From an uncultured Gammaproteobacteria bacterium (GTDB lineage Bacteria; Patescibacteriota; Patescibacteriia; Magasanikbacterales; UBA922): DNA of 64,000 nucleotides. Position numbers and translations under genes: made by a program. The notes under the pieces were generated by a model. That model made no database searches. It was given only the letters and a program-made list of their open reading frames with translations, and was not told the origin of the DNA. Below are positions 1 to 8,507 of the stretch, one piece after another (within the stretch, counting starts at the first letter, position 1; the number at the start of each line of letters is the position of its first letter). The stretch covers positions 8,032 to 72,031 of the forward strand of contig CAZFTR010000002.1 of the NCBI GenBank assembly GCA_964522405.1. The letters run 5' to 3'.

Positions 1-444
1 TACTTTGGTGGAATTCAAAATGAAAACAAAATTGATACTGAAAAACTAAAAAAAGAATACCAATATATTATTTTCAAGGAATTAAAATCTTGGAATATTA
101 AGAGGTGGCTTCGTGCATATTTTTCATTTAGTTTGTTTAAGTTTATTACTAGTAAAAAACAAGCACTCGGAAATGATCCTGGAAATAGATTTTTTTATAT
201 TGCTTCAAATGGAATTGTTTTTCCATCAGTAGTTGATAATTTTCCAATGGGTAATATTGAAGATTTTAATTCTTGGGATGAGTTGTGGAGTGGTGGAGCT
301 GCAGAAAAAGCTAGAAAAGATGTAGAAGAAAGAGGTCAGCCAGCTTGGATGATTTGTACAGCGAGAACTGCTATGAAAAAATATCCTCTTAAGGTTGGAT
401 TTTGGATTTTGAAAAATAAGTTTAGAAAGTCAATTAATTTATGA
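1..444 (+). CDS. hypothetical protein, 5' partial
   Basis: Frame 1 is open from position 1 with no stop before 444, so the gene continues upstream of the window. The ORF-track start at 133 is a TTG. The stop overlaps the next start as ATGA. No family recognised. Confidence 0.5.
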   Translation, partial: YFGGIQNENKIDTEKLKKEYQYIIFKELKSWNIKRWLRAYFSFSLFKFITSKKQALGNDPGNRFFYIASNGIVFPSVVDNFPMGNIEDFNSWDELWSGGAAEKARKDVEERGQPAWMICTARTAMKKYPLKVGFWILKNKFRKSINL

Positions 445-1640
445 AGATTTTATTGGTAAATAAATTTTGGTACTTGCATGGCGGATCTGAGCGAGTTGTT
501 TTTGATACAAAAGAAATATTAGAAAAAGCCGGACATGAGGTAGAAGTTTTTGGTATGCAGCATCCTAAAAATATTTTTGAAAATAAATTTTTTACTGACC
601 AAGTTGATTATCACAATATAAAAAGTTATAAAGAAAAAATTAAAGCCGGATTTAAAATTATTTACAACAAACAAGCCAAAGAAAATTTTGAAAAACTAGT
701 TGATGAGTTTAAACCGGATATAATTCATTTTCATAATATTTATCATCAGCTTTCTTTTTCCATTTTTGAAGTTGTAAAAAAGAAAGGTATTCCAAGTGTG
801 ATGACCCTTCATGATTATAAAATGATCAGTCCAAATTACAATTTATTTCATGATGGAAAAATCTGTGAAAAAAGCTTAGGTGGAAGTTTCTATAAAACTA
901 TTTTGCATAATTGTACTGGAGTTTTATTTCAATCAATAGTTCTTGCAGTTGAAGCTAGTTTTAGAAGATTTAAAAATTATCAATCTATTATAAAAAAATA
1001 TGTTTCCCCGTCTAAATTTCTTGAACAAAAACATATTCAAGCTGGGTATGAGGAAAATGAAATTGAAGTAATAAAAAATCCAATTAGTTTTTCTGAAAAA
1101 CTAAAGATCAAAGATGGTAAAAGAGGAGTGGTTTTTGTTGGTAGAATTTCAAAAGAAAAGGGCATTGAAGTTCTAATAGATGCTGCTCAAAACTTAAAAG
1201 AAATTAGTTTTAAAATTATTGGAGATGGATCGCAGAAAAAATTTCTTGAAGAAAAATGCCAAAAAGAAAAAGTTGAAAATGTTAAATTTACTGGTGCTTT
1301 GTACGGAGAAGAATTAAAAAAAGAAATTAGTTCTGCAAGATTGATGGTTGTGCCCTCAATTTGGTATGAAAATGCACCATTAGTAATTGCAGAAGCAATT
1401 CAGGGTGGGACTTTGGCAATAGCTAGTGATATTGGAGGAATTTCTGAGCTCTTGTCTGGCAATCTTCTATTCAAAGCGGGGGATAGTGCTCAACTTGAAA
1501 AAAAGATATCTGAGTGGTATGGTAAGTCTTCTGCAGAGTATATAGCTTTGGTTGAAAAGCTCTTTGTTGAACTTAAAAAAGAGCATAGTCCAGATACTTA
1601 TCTTCAGAATTTAGAAAAAATATATTCAGAGCTGATTTAA
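441..1640 (+). CDS. glycosyltransferase family 4 (GT4, group 1)
   Basis: 399 aa. N-terminus MKILLVNKFWYLHGGSERVV is typical of GT4 and the C-terminus has the E-x7-E region (ENAPLVIAEAIQGG). ATGA translational coupling with the upstream gene. Confidence 0.85.
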   Translation: MKILLVNKFWYLHGGSERVVFDTKEILEKAGHEVEVFGMQHPKNIFENKFFTDQVDYHNIKSYKEKIKAGFKIIYNKQAKENFEKLVDEFKPDIIHFHNIYHQLSFSIFEVVKKKGIPSVMTLHDYKMISPNYNLFHDGKICEKSLGGSFYKTILHNCTGVLFQSIVLAVEASFRRFKNYQSIIKKYVSPSKFLEQKHIQAGYEENEIEVIKNPISFSEKLKIKDGKRGVVFVGRISKEKGIEVLIDAAQNLKEISFKIIGDGSQKKFLEEKCQKEKVENVKFTGALYGEELKKEISSARLMVVPSIWYENAPLVIAEAIQGGTLAIASDIGGISELLSGNLLFKAGDSAQLEKKISEWYGKSSAEYIALVEKLFVELKKEHSPDTYLQNLEKIYSELI

Positions 1641-1641
1641 T

Positions 1642-3642
1642 ATGTTCAAGCATTCTAAAAAGTTTTTCTTAACAAGCTTATTAATTTTGCTTTCTTTTGT
1701 TTTTTTAGCAAAAGATGTTAATACTAGTCATAGCAATTATCCCATGAAAGCAAATTATTACCTTGCCCAATTGAAAGACTCCCCAAGTTTTATTGAGGAA
1801 ATTTCAAAATATGACCTGCTTATTTTGACACCCAGTCAAATATACACTCACCCAATAGTGATAAGTAAAATTAAAAAAGCAAATCCAGATATAATCATCT
1901 TGGCTTATGTTCCGAGTCAAAGTTACAATACCAGATATTGGTATTCAAGTCCGGTTTACAGACATTTAAAACCAAAGAAAACCTGGTGGCTGCGTGATTC
2001 TTCAGGTAATCCTATTTCTTCTTGGAAAAATATCAGAAATACTAATATGAGCGAGGAGTGGTCTGATGATTTTCTGGCATTTGTGAACAAGCAAATCGCG
2101 TCTATAAAATATGTTGATGGGATATTTTTTGATATGGTTTCTCATAATATTTCTTGGATAAATCATGGTGATATTGATATAAATCAAGATGGTAAAAAAG
2201 ACACCCCAGAGTTAGTTGATGCAATTTGGAAAAAGAGAACAGAGTATTTTTTTAAAAAAGCAAAGCAGGATTTGAAAACAGACTTAATTGTTATAAATGG
2301 AACTTCAGAGAGTTTTCTTCAAGAGTTTGTAAATGGAAGAATGTTTGAAAATTTTCCAACTCCTTGGGAAGGTGATGGAACCTGGTCAACTATTATGAAT
2401 CGATTGGTTAAAAACATAGAACTAAATCAAACTCCAAAGACCATGATCATAAATAGTAATACTGCAAATACCGGTAAACAAGACGATTATCAAACCATGC
2501 GTTTTGGTCTAACCAGTGCGCTTTTAGAAGATGCCTATTTTTCATTTGATTTTGGTGATGAGAATCATGGACAGCTTTGGTATTATGATGAATATGATGT
2601 TGACTTAGGAGATCCCCAATCTGAATCTTTTTCTGAAAAACAATTATCAAAATATGTCCCGGATATTTGGCGACGTGATTTTGAAAATGGAATTTCTGTA
2701 ATAAACAGTACTTATCAAAAAAGATTGGTTGATCTTGGTGGTGAATATGAAAAAATCTATGGTACTCAAGATAGGCAGGTAAATGATGGCTCAATTGTTT
2801 CAGAAGTTGAACTTGATTCAAACGATGGGATTATTTTATTAAAAACTTTTTCAAATTTTAAAAACTTACTTTTTAAAAATGGATCTTTTGCTAGATTTTT
2901 TGATGATACCGGAAGAAGATTGAGAAATGGTTTCTTTGTTTTTGAAAAAAAATATCCTGGCGGGCAGTATATTGCTCATCTTGATATGAATGGTGATCAG
3001 AAAGAAGACCTGGTTTTGCTCAGAGGTAATAAATTAGTTGTTTTGCGTCATGATGGTATGAGACTGATGAGTAAGTATCCATATGGCGCCAGCTACAAAG
3101 GTCAGATAAAATTATCTATTGGTGACATTGATAAAAATGGAAAAATGGAAATTGTTGTTGCACCAGGTAAGGGAAGTTCAGCTCCAATAAAAATATACTC
3201 AACTTATGGAACAGTTAAAAAGGATCATTGGTATCCGTTCGGAGAAGGTTACAGAGGTGGGTATAGTATTTCCATCAGTGATTTTGGAGAAGAAAATTCA
3301 GAAATTTCAATTGGTACGGGAGTTGGTTTAGAGCCTCGAGTTTATTCTTATGATGGTGATTATAATTTAAAAAGGCATCTCTTAGTTTTCGAAAGAGATT
3401 TTCGTGGTGGAATAAATTTAGCTTCAGGAGACTTAAATGGTGATGGTATAGATGAGTTAGTTGTTGGTGCTGGTGTTGGTAAAAAACCAATTATAAAAAT
3501 ATTTGATAAATTTGGAACTCAGATTTCTTCGTTTGAGGCATACCAGACTAATTCAAAATCAGGAATAGATGTGGGGGTGATGGATATTAATTTTGATGGC
3601 ATTGAAGATATTGTTTCTTTTTCTTCCGGGCTTGATAGATAG
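1642..3642 (+). CDS. secreted protein: GH114-like TIM-barrel glycoside-hydrolase-like N-domain plus C-terminal FG-GAP/VCBS repeats
   Basis: N-terminal signal/TM. N-domain has LAYVPSQSY...WWLRDSSGNPISSW...VDGIFFDMV spacing resembling endo-alpha-1,4-polygalactosaminidase-like (GH114/TM1410) proteins. C-terminus has four FG-GAP-like motifs (DMNGDQKEDLVLL, DIDKNGKMEIVVAPG, DLNGDGIDELVVGAG, DINFDGIEDIV). Confidence 0.6.
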   Translation: MFKHSKKFFLTSLLILLSFVFLAKDVNTSHSNYPMKANYYLAQLKDSPSFIEEISKYDLLILTPSQIYTHPIVISKIKKANPDIIILAYVPSQSYNTRYWYSSPVYRHLKPKKTWWLRDSSGNPISSWKNIRNTNMSEEWSDDFLAFVNKQIASIKYVDGIFFDMVSHNISWINHGDIDINQDGKKDTPELVDAIWKKRTEYFFKKAKQDLKTDLIVINGTSESFLQEFVNGRMFENFPTPWEGDGTWSTIMNRLVKNIELNQTPKTMIINSNTANTGKQDDYQTMRFGLTSALLEDAYFSFDFGDENHGQLWYYDEYDVDLGDPQSESFSEKQLSKYVPDIWRRDFENGISVINSTYQKRLVDLGGEYEKIYGTQDRQVNDGSIVSEVELDSNDGIILLKTFSNFKNLLFKNGSFARFFDDTGRRLRNGFFVFEKKYPGGQYIAHLDMNGDQKEDLVLLRGNKLVVLRHDGMRLMSKYPYGASYKGQIKLSIGDIDKNGKMEIVVAPGKGSSAPIKIYSTYGTVKKDHWYPFGEGYRGGYSISISDFGEENSEISIGTGVGLEPRVYSYDGDYNLKRHLLVFERDFRGGINLASGDLNGDGIDELVVGAGVGKKPIIKIFDKFGTQISSFEAYQTNSKSGIDVGVMDINFDGIEDIVSFSSGLDR

Positions 3643-3763
3643 TTTCTAAAATTAGAGTTAATATTTATTTAATGTTTTTGATTGACAGGTTTTATCTTTT
3701 TGATACAATGTAATTAAAGGGAACTGCTGATAGTTAAACTATTGGTTATCTATTCTTACTACT

Positions 3764-3791
3764 AAAAAACTGTCCATTTGGGCAGTTTTTT
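3764..3791. terminator. bidirectional rho-independent terminator
   Basis: An A-run, then a hairpin of stem CTGTCC/GGGCAG (one G.T pair) with loop ATTT, then a T-run. Lies between convergent genes. Confidence 0.6.
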
Positions 3792-3833
3792 AGTTTAAGG
3801 ATTATTTAATCGTGTTTTTTGTACAATGATATT

Positions 3834-3978
3834 GGTGGATTTTGGGTCAGTAGTTTAATTGGTAAAATAGTTCCTTTGGTAAGAAAAGATCGGAGTTTCC
3901 CGACTCGATGTCGGGATCCCGATGACCATTCGCTTTTAAAAAACAAGTATCGGGACAATTCTCCGCTGATCCACCATC
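3834..3978 (+). ncRNA. tRNA-like structured RNA candidate (non-canonical; possibly pseudo-tRNA, intron-containing tRNA or tmRNA-like fragment)
   Basis: GGGTCAG (3844-3850) pairs with CTGATCC (3966-3972) as a 7-bp acceptor-like stem with one G.T pair, followed by discriminator A and an encoded CCA (3973-3976). A D-arm-like TA GTTT AATTGGTA AAAT with GG in the loop sits at 3851-3868. CGGAG (3891-3895) pairs with CTCCG (3961-3965). Extra helices include TCCCGAT (3918-3924) with ATCGGGA (3949-3955) and an outer GGTGGAT (3834-3840) with ATCCACC (3969-3975). The anticodon arm cannot be folded canonically and the total length is about 133-145 nt. The element is flanked by two terminators and is more G+C-rich than its surroundings. 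Confidence 0.35.
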
Positions 3979-4007
3979 AAAAAACACCTATTTGCTAGGT
4001 GTTTTTT
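3978..4007. terminator. bidirectional rho-independent terminator
   Basis: A7, then stem CACCTA with loop TTTGC and stem TAGGTG (6 perfect bp), then T6. Sits downstream of both the tRNA-like element (+) and the GT4 gene (-). Confidence 0.7.
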
Positions 4008-4027
4008 AATATTTTTGATTATTCATT

Positions 4028-5206
4028 TTAAATATCTTGATGTCTGGTTTTCAAAGATTTCAATTTAACCGGTTTGATATTTTGGTATAGTTTGATAATT
4101 TTTGGAATTGTACTATCCCAACTGTACTCAACTTGAATTGTTTTTCGATTTTGTTCAATTATAGTTTCCTTTTCTTCTTTTGATATTTGCATGAATTCGT
4201 AAATCGCTCTCACAATATCATTAACATTATTTTCTGTAAATATCATTCTGCTATCTTTGATAAGCTCAAGATGTTCTGCAATATTTGAAACCAGGGCAGG
4301 GGTTCCATAGTTCATAGCATCAAGCACTGTAATAGGTAGTCCTTCATTCATGGATGGGTGAACGAGCGCCATTGCATTTGAATACAATTCTTTCAGTATT
4401 TCTCCGGATTGAAAATCAGTAAAAATTATATCGTTACAAATACCTGCTTGTTTTTGAAGTGATGAAACATATTCATCTGTGTAAACAGATCCGCCAACAA
4501 TTGCAAGTTTAAGATTTTTGATTTCCAAGTCATCTTTGTATTCTCTTTTTAAATTACAAAATGCTTCCACAAGCAAGTGCGCGCCTTTGTGAGGAATTAA
4601 GCGCGATATCATGGTAATGTATTTACCTTTTTTTAATCCAAATTCTTTTATTAGTGTTGACCCGGAATCCAGTTTGCTTGGTTTTACAGCATTTGGTATA
4701 CAGTGGGTTTGTTTATCAAATTCTTTTAAACAATATCTTTCCAGGCTTCTTGATATGGTAATTGTTTCATGAGCAAAAGTACAAGCTGACCATTCACCAA
4801 TATGCAAGACAATTCTAGCAAATAAACCCCATTTTTTGTGGTATCTGTCGATTGAGTGAAAGGTTGTAACTACTTTTGTCTTGGGTGCAAAGATTCTAGG
4901 TATCCAAGAGAGAAGAGATGGTCCAACGCCGTGGTAGTGAATTACATCATATTTTTGGAAAACTGCATGGAGAGAAGAAGCAAGAACATGAGTTATGGTA
5001 TCAAAATGTTTAGTGTGAATACTTGGAATGTTGATTGTTTCTACTCCATCAATATTTCCTTCTCTATTTTTGGTATACCAGCCACGATTATAAACAGCAA
5101 CTTGATGTCCAGCTTTAACAAGGTGCTTTGAAAGCCCTTGTACATGTTGCTCAACACCGCCGAAGCTGGCTGGCATTCCTTTTTGTCCGATCATTGCAAT
5201 CTTCAT
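4028..5206 (-). CDS. glycosyltransferase family 4 (GT4)
   Basis: MKIAMIGQKGMPASFGGVEQHV and GT4 C-terminal motifs. The ORF-track start at 5266 is a 20-aa extension. The internal ATG at 5206 lies just downstream of a near-consensus promoter (TTGACA 5245-5240, 17-nt spacer, TAGAGT 5222-5217 on the minus strand), so 5206 is taken as the start. Confidence 0.85.
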   Translation of the reverse strand: MKIAMIGQKGMPASFGGVEQHVQGLSKHLVKAGHQVAVYNRGWYTKNREGNIDGVETINIPSIHTKHFDTITHVLASSLHAVFQKYDVIHYHGVGPSLLSWIPRIFAPKTKVVTTFHSIDRYHKKWGLFARIVLHIGEWSACTFAHETITISRSLERYCLKEFDKQTHCIPNAVKPSKLDSGSTLIKEFGLKKGKYITMISRLIPHKGAHLLVEAFCNLKREYKDDLEIKNLKLAIVGGSVYTDEYVSSLQKQAGICNDIIFTDFQSGEILKELYSNAMALVHPSMNEGLPITVLDAMNYGTPALVSNIAEHLELIKDSRMIFTENNVNDIVRAIYEFMQISKEEKETIIEQNRKTIQVEYSWDSTIPKIIKLYQNIKPVKLKSLKTRHQDI

Positions 5207-5216
5207 AGGATAGATT

Positions 5217-5245
5217 ACTCTAGCATGAATTATTCTATTTGTCAA
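5217..5245 (-). promoter_or_regulatory. sigma70-like promoter for the GT4 gene (TTGACA-17-TAGAGT)
   Basis: Read directly on the minus strand. The -10 element ends about 10 nt before the ATG at 5206, giving a very short leader. Confidence 0.5.
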
Positions 5246-5332
5246 TGGTTTAAATATAGTTTTCAAATCTGATTCCTTTGCTCAGATTTTCTCCTCTTTT
5301 CACCAATAGTTTTGATGAAAATAGGGGATTGG

Positions 5333-5372
5333 GCCGAGGTTCGCGGTGGATTTGACAGGTGCGAACCTCGGC
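5333..5372 (-). terminator. GC-rich hairpin downstream of the GC-island gene
   Basis: Perfect 12-bp inverted repeat GCCGAGGTTCGC/GCGAACCTCGGC with a 16-nt loop, located 37 nt after the stop at 5409 and followed on the minus strand by a T-rich tract. Confidence 0.55.
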
Positions 5373-5408
5373 ATTCGATCATGGTGGGTGTGACGAAAAG
5401 TGTGACGA

Positions 5409-8400
5409 TTACTGGTGCGTGACCCAGCCGGAGCACTGCGGGGGCGCAGTGCCGCCCGACCAGCACTGGAACTTCAGCGCCGGCTTGGAGTCGTCGCAGT
5501 CGCCGAGCTGCTTGGTCGCTCCGTCGTAGTCGGCGTCCTTGGACGAACCGGTGCACTCGGCGTTCGAGGCTTGCGTGTCGTAGAGGCACGCGAACTCCGG
5601 CGAGAGCGACGGGTCTGCTCCGACCTCGGAGGGGATCACGCAGGGCATGGCGCAGCCGTGCGTGTTGGTGTATCCCTCCGGGGTGCCGGTCGTGAGACCG
5701 ACGAGGAAGCAGTCCTTGAAGCTATCGCAGGCGTTGCCCAGGCCGTCGTTGTCGAGGTCGGTCTGGTCCGGGTTGGCCGTGAGCGGGCAGTTGTCGGAGT
5801 TGTCCAGGACGTTGTCGTTGTCGTCGTCCTGGTCCAGCTCGTCGCACTGCCCGTCCGCGTCTGCGTCCGGTTTGTCTGCGTGCTTGCAGCCCGAGTCCGG
5901 GTCGCAGGAGTCGTCCGTGCAGGGGTTCTCGTCGTCGCAGGAGACCGAAGTCCCAGCGCACGAGCTGTCCTCGCAGAAGTCCTCCGCGGTGCACTCGTTG
6001 CCGTCGTCACACGGCTCGGAGTTGCTCTCGAACACGCAGCCCGAGTCCGGGTCGCAGGAGTCGTCCGTGCAGGGGTTCTCGTCGTCGCAGGAGACCGAAG
6101 TCCCAGCGCACGAGCTGTCCTCGCAGAAGTCCTCCGCGGTGCACTCGTTGCCGTCGTCACACGGCTTGCCAGTCTCCGGGAACTCGGCGCACCAGCCATG
6201 GTCGCCGCCGTTCGGCACGCAGGTCGTGACCACGCAGGGGTTCTCGCTCACCTGGCAGTCGGCGAGCTCGAGGCAGCAGTTGTTGATCTGCTCGGAGGAG
6301 CAGATCCCGCTCTCCATGTCACAGGAGTCCTCGGTGCACGCGTCCCCATCGTCGCAGTCCAGGTCTGCTTCACAGCAGTCCGAAACTTCCTGACCCTTGC
6401 ACTCGCCGCCTGAGCACTTGTCGTTCTCGGTGCACATCACTCCGTCGTCGCAGGTCACGCTGTTCGGCGTGTTCTGGCACTTGCCCGACGAGGTGTTGCA
6501 GAAGTCGTCCGTGCAGGGGTTGGAGTCGTCGCAGGAGACCGAAGCCCCCTTGCACTCGCCACCCTGGCAGAAGTCCTCCGCGGTGCAGGAGTTGCCGTCG
6601 TCACACGGCAGCACATTTGGAACTGACAAGCAGCCCGAGTCCGAGTCGCAGAAGTCGTCCGTGCAGGGGTTGGAGTCGTCGCAGGAGACCGAAGCCCCCT
6701 TGCACTCGCCACCCTGGCAGAAGTCCTCCGCGGTGCACTCGTTGCCGTCGTCACACGGCTCGGAGTTGGGCGTGGACACGCAGCCCGAGTCCTGCTCGCA
6801 GTCGTAGTCGTAGCAGGGCTCACCATCGTCGCAGGTGAGCGGGATGCCGGACTGGCATCCGTCCTCAGCGTGACAGGTCTCAAGACCATTGCACGCATCG
6901 GCGTCATCGCACTCGACCTGGGCCCCGAGCACGCATGAGCCGCTTTGGACGTCGCAGGTCTCCACGCCGTTGCACATGTTCGAGTCGTCGCAGTCTGCGT
7001 TTTCCTCGCAGCAGTTTGGGAGTGGAACTCCCGACTGGCAACCCAGAACCGGGTTGCACTGCTCGACCCCGGTGCACTCGTTGCCGTCGTCGCAGACGAG
7101 CGGGATGCCGGGGAGGCACTTGCCGTTCTCGACGTCACAGCTCTCCGCGCCGTTGCACATGTCCGAGTCGTCGCAGTCCGCGTCCACGTCACAGCACTCG
7201 TCCACCTCGGTGAACTGGCACTGATTGTTGACGCAGCTGTCCTCGCTGCACATGTCCGAGTCGTCGCAGTCCGCGTCCACGTCGCAGCAGTTGGGGCCGG
7301 AGGCGATGAAGGTGCAGGCCATCTCGATGGTGTCACAGACATCGAGCGTGCAGGCCGAACCGTCGTCGCAGTCCGCGTGCTTGACACAGCAGTTCTCGAC
7401 CGGGATGGCGAGGCACTCGCCGCTTTCCGAGTCGCAGGAGTCAGTGGTGCACGGGTCTGCGTCGTCGCAGACGATGTCCATGCCTTCCTGGCAGCCTTTG
7501 GTGCTGTCACAGGTCTCGACTCCGTTGCAGGCGTCTCCGTCGTTGCACTTGAGCAGGATGCCGGTCTGGCACTCGCCCTCGTGGCAGGAGTCGTCCTCGG
7601 TGCACGCGTCCCCGTCGTCGCAGGAGGCCCCATTGACTGGGGTGAATTCCTCCTGGTTGACTTTCGGCTTGCAGGCCAGACAGGGGTTGCCGGGGTGGAT
7701 TTTATCGCCCTCCCAGCAGTTGGCCCCGATCAAGCACCACCCAGGCGTCGACGTGAACTCGCACTCACCGGAGCCTTCGTTGTCGCAGCTCTCGGTGGTG
7801 CAGCCCGAGCCGTCATCGCACCACTCCCGGTACTTGTTCTCGGCCGTGCCGTGGTGGATGCACTCGCCGGTTCCCATGCAGTTGTCAAGCGTGCAGGGGA
7901 TGCCGTCATCGCAGAGCGCCACCGAGTAGTCAAAGTTGTTCGTGCAGCCCGCGTCCGGGTCGCACAGCTCCACCTTGCATCCGGATGAACCGGGGCAGGT
8001 GACTGTGGAACCCAGGCATTTGCCGGCCTGGCAGGCGTCGTTTTCGGTGCAGGCGTTGCCGTCGTTGCACGGCGCCGTGTTCACCTCGTAGCTGCACCCG
8101 ACGTCCGGGTCGCACGAGTCGCTGGTGCACTGGTCACCGTCGTCGCAGTCCACGTCCTCGCCGATGCAGATCCCGTCCTCGCACATGTCGTTGACAGTGC
8201 AGGGATCGTCGTCGTTGCAGGACTTGGAATTGGGCTGGTGCTGGCACTGGCCCTCGACGCACTTGTCATCCGTGCACTCGTTGTCGTCGTTGCAGTCGTT
8301 GTCGCAGTTCGGCATGCCGGTCTCGCCCTGGGCGTCCTTGCTGTCGAACGGCTTGACCGCCACGTGCGGGGAGCACAGGTTGACGCCGGCGACGTCGCCC

Positions 8401-8507
8401 GACACCGCGTCCGCAGGGACACAGTCCTCACTGCCGACTTCACAGCCGATAAAAGTGATGGCGATGGCGATGGCGATGGCGACGATGCTCTTGTTCTCGG
8501 TCTTCAT
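5409..8507 (-). CDS. giant cysteine- and aspartate-rich repeat lipoprotein (Dictyostelium-type CTDC-like 4-Cys repeats plus C-terminal thrombospondin type-3 Ca-binding repeats), encoded by a high-GC island
   Basis: 1032 aa with an ATG start. N-terminus MKTENKSIVAIAIAIAITFIGCEV has a signal peptide and a lipobox-like IGC. About 35 tandem units fit C-x-D-x-N-x-C-T-x-D-x-C-x4-G-C-x3-P (for example SCDDSNPCTDDFCDSDSGCLSVPNV). C-terminal DADADGQCDELDQDDDNDNVLDNSDNCPLTANPDQTDLDNDGLGNACD is a classic TSP3 pattern. G+C is about two-thirds against about one-third in the flanks. Antisense ORFs here are artefacts of the GC richness. Confidence 0.8.
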   Translation of the reverse strand: MKTENKSIVAIAIAIAITFIGCEVGSEDCVPADAVSGDVAGVNLCSPHVAVKPFDSKDAQGETGMPNCDNDCNDDNECTDDKCVEGQCQHQPNSKSCNDDDPCTVNDMCEDGICIGEDVDCDDGDQCTSDSCDPDVGCSYEVNTAPCNDGNACTENDACQAGKCLGSTVTCPGSSGCKVELCDPDAGCTNNFDYSVALCDDGIPCTLDNCMGTGECIHHGTAENKYREWCDDGSGCTTESCDNEGSGECEFTSTPGWCLIGANCWEGDKIHPGNPCLACKPKVNQEEFTPVNGASCDDGDACTEDDSCHEGECQTGILLKCNDGDACNGVETCDSTKGCQEGMDIVCDDADPCTTDSCDSESGECLAIPVENCCVKHADCDDGSACTLDVCDTIEMACTFIASGPNCCDVDADCDDSDMCSEDSCVNNQCQFTEVDECCDVDADCDDSDMCNGAESCDVENGKCLPGIPLVCDDGNECTGVEQCNPVLGCQSGVPLPNCCEENADCDDSNMCNGVETCDVQSGSCVLGAQVECDDADACNGLETCHAEDGCQSGIPLTCDDGEPCYDYDCEQDSGCVSTPNSEPCDDGNECTAEDFCQGGECKGASVSCDDSNPCTDDFCDSDSGCLSVPNVLPCDDGNSCTAEDFCQGGECKGASVSCDDSNPCTDDFCNTSSGKCQNTPNSVTCDDGVMCTENDKCSGGECKGQEVSDCCEADLDCDDGDACTEDSCDMESGICSSEQINNCCLELADCQVSENPCVVTTCVPNGGDHGWCAEFPETGKPCDDGNECTAEDFCEDSSCAGTSVSCDDENPCTDDSCDPDSGCVFESNSEPCDDGNECTAEDFCEDSSCAGTSVSCDDENPCTDDSCDPDSGCKHADKPDADADGQCDELDQDDDNDNVLDNSDNCPLTANPDQTDLDNDGLGNACDSFKDCFLVGLTTGTPEGYTNTHGCAMPCVIPSEVGADPSLSPEFACLYDTQASNAECTGSSKDADYDGATKQLGDCDDSKPALKFQCWSGGTAPPQCSGWVTHQ
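5886..6166. repeat. perfect tandem duplication (131 identical bp, period 150 bp) inside the Cys-rich gene
   Basis: 5886-6016 is identical to 6036-6166 when read directly. This duplicates a 50-aa double CTDC unit (SEPCDDGNECTAEDFCEDSSCAGTSVSCDDENPCTDDSCDPDSGC). Confidence 0.85.
6498..6738. repeat. second perfect tandem duplication (~91 bp identical, period 150 bp) inside the Cys-rich gene
   Basis: About 6498-6588 is identical to 6648-6738. The protein repeats CDDGNSCTAEDFCQGGECKGASVSCDDSNPCTDDFC twice. Confidence 0.8.
8457..8480. repeat. (GATGGC)4 hexanucleotide microsatellite in the signal-peptide coding region
   Basis: gatggcgatggcgatggcgatggc encodes the AIAIAIAI stretch of the signal peptide. 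The in-frame 6-bp unit could vary in copy number. Confidence 0.7.

Noticed and set aside
2002-3490. Small minus-strand ORFs nested in the 1642-3642 gene, and similar 60-120-aa ORFs nested antisense in other large genes (e.g. 16051-16515, 23110-23463, 26497-26856, 28292-28639, 29291-30427).
   Set aside because: Fully contained antisense in well-supported longer CDSs, with low-complexity or AT-codon-biased translations and no start signals.
3844-3976. Reading the tRNA-like element as a canonical tRNA-Thr (anticodon GGT in loop TTGGTAA).
   Set aside because: With acceptor and D-arm fixed, the candidate anticodon stem TTCCT has no complementary 3' strand (GAAAA follows). The T-arm partner CGGAG sits 54 nt too far upstream. 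The total length of about 133 nt is incompatible with a standard tRNA.
4028-5266. ORF-track N-terminal extensions: 20 aa on the GT4 gene, 19 aa on the GC-rich NUDIX gene (40954), one residue on the native NUDIX (41487), and the TTG at 133.
   Set aside because: These ORF-finder starts are TTG or extend across promoter/terminator sequence or a composition boundary. Internal ATGs with SD or promoter support are more plausible.
5263-5589. 108-aa minus-strand ORF spanning the island 1 boundary.
   Set aside because: It overlaps the 3' end of the Cys-rich gene and runs through its terminator hairpin. Mixed AT/GC composition, so spurious.
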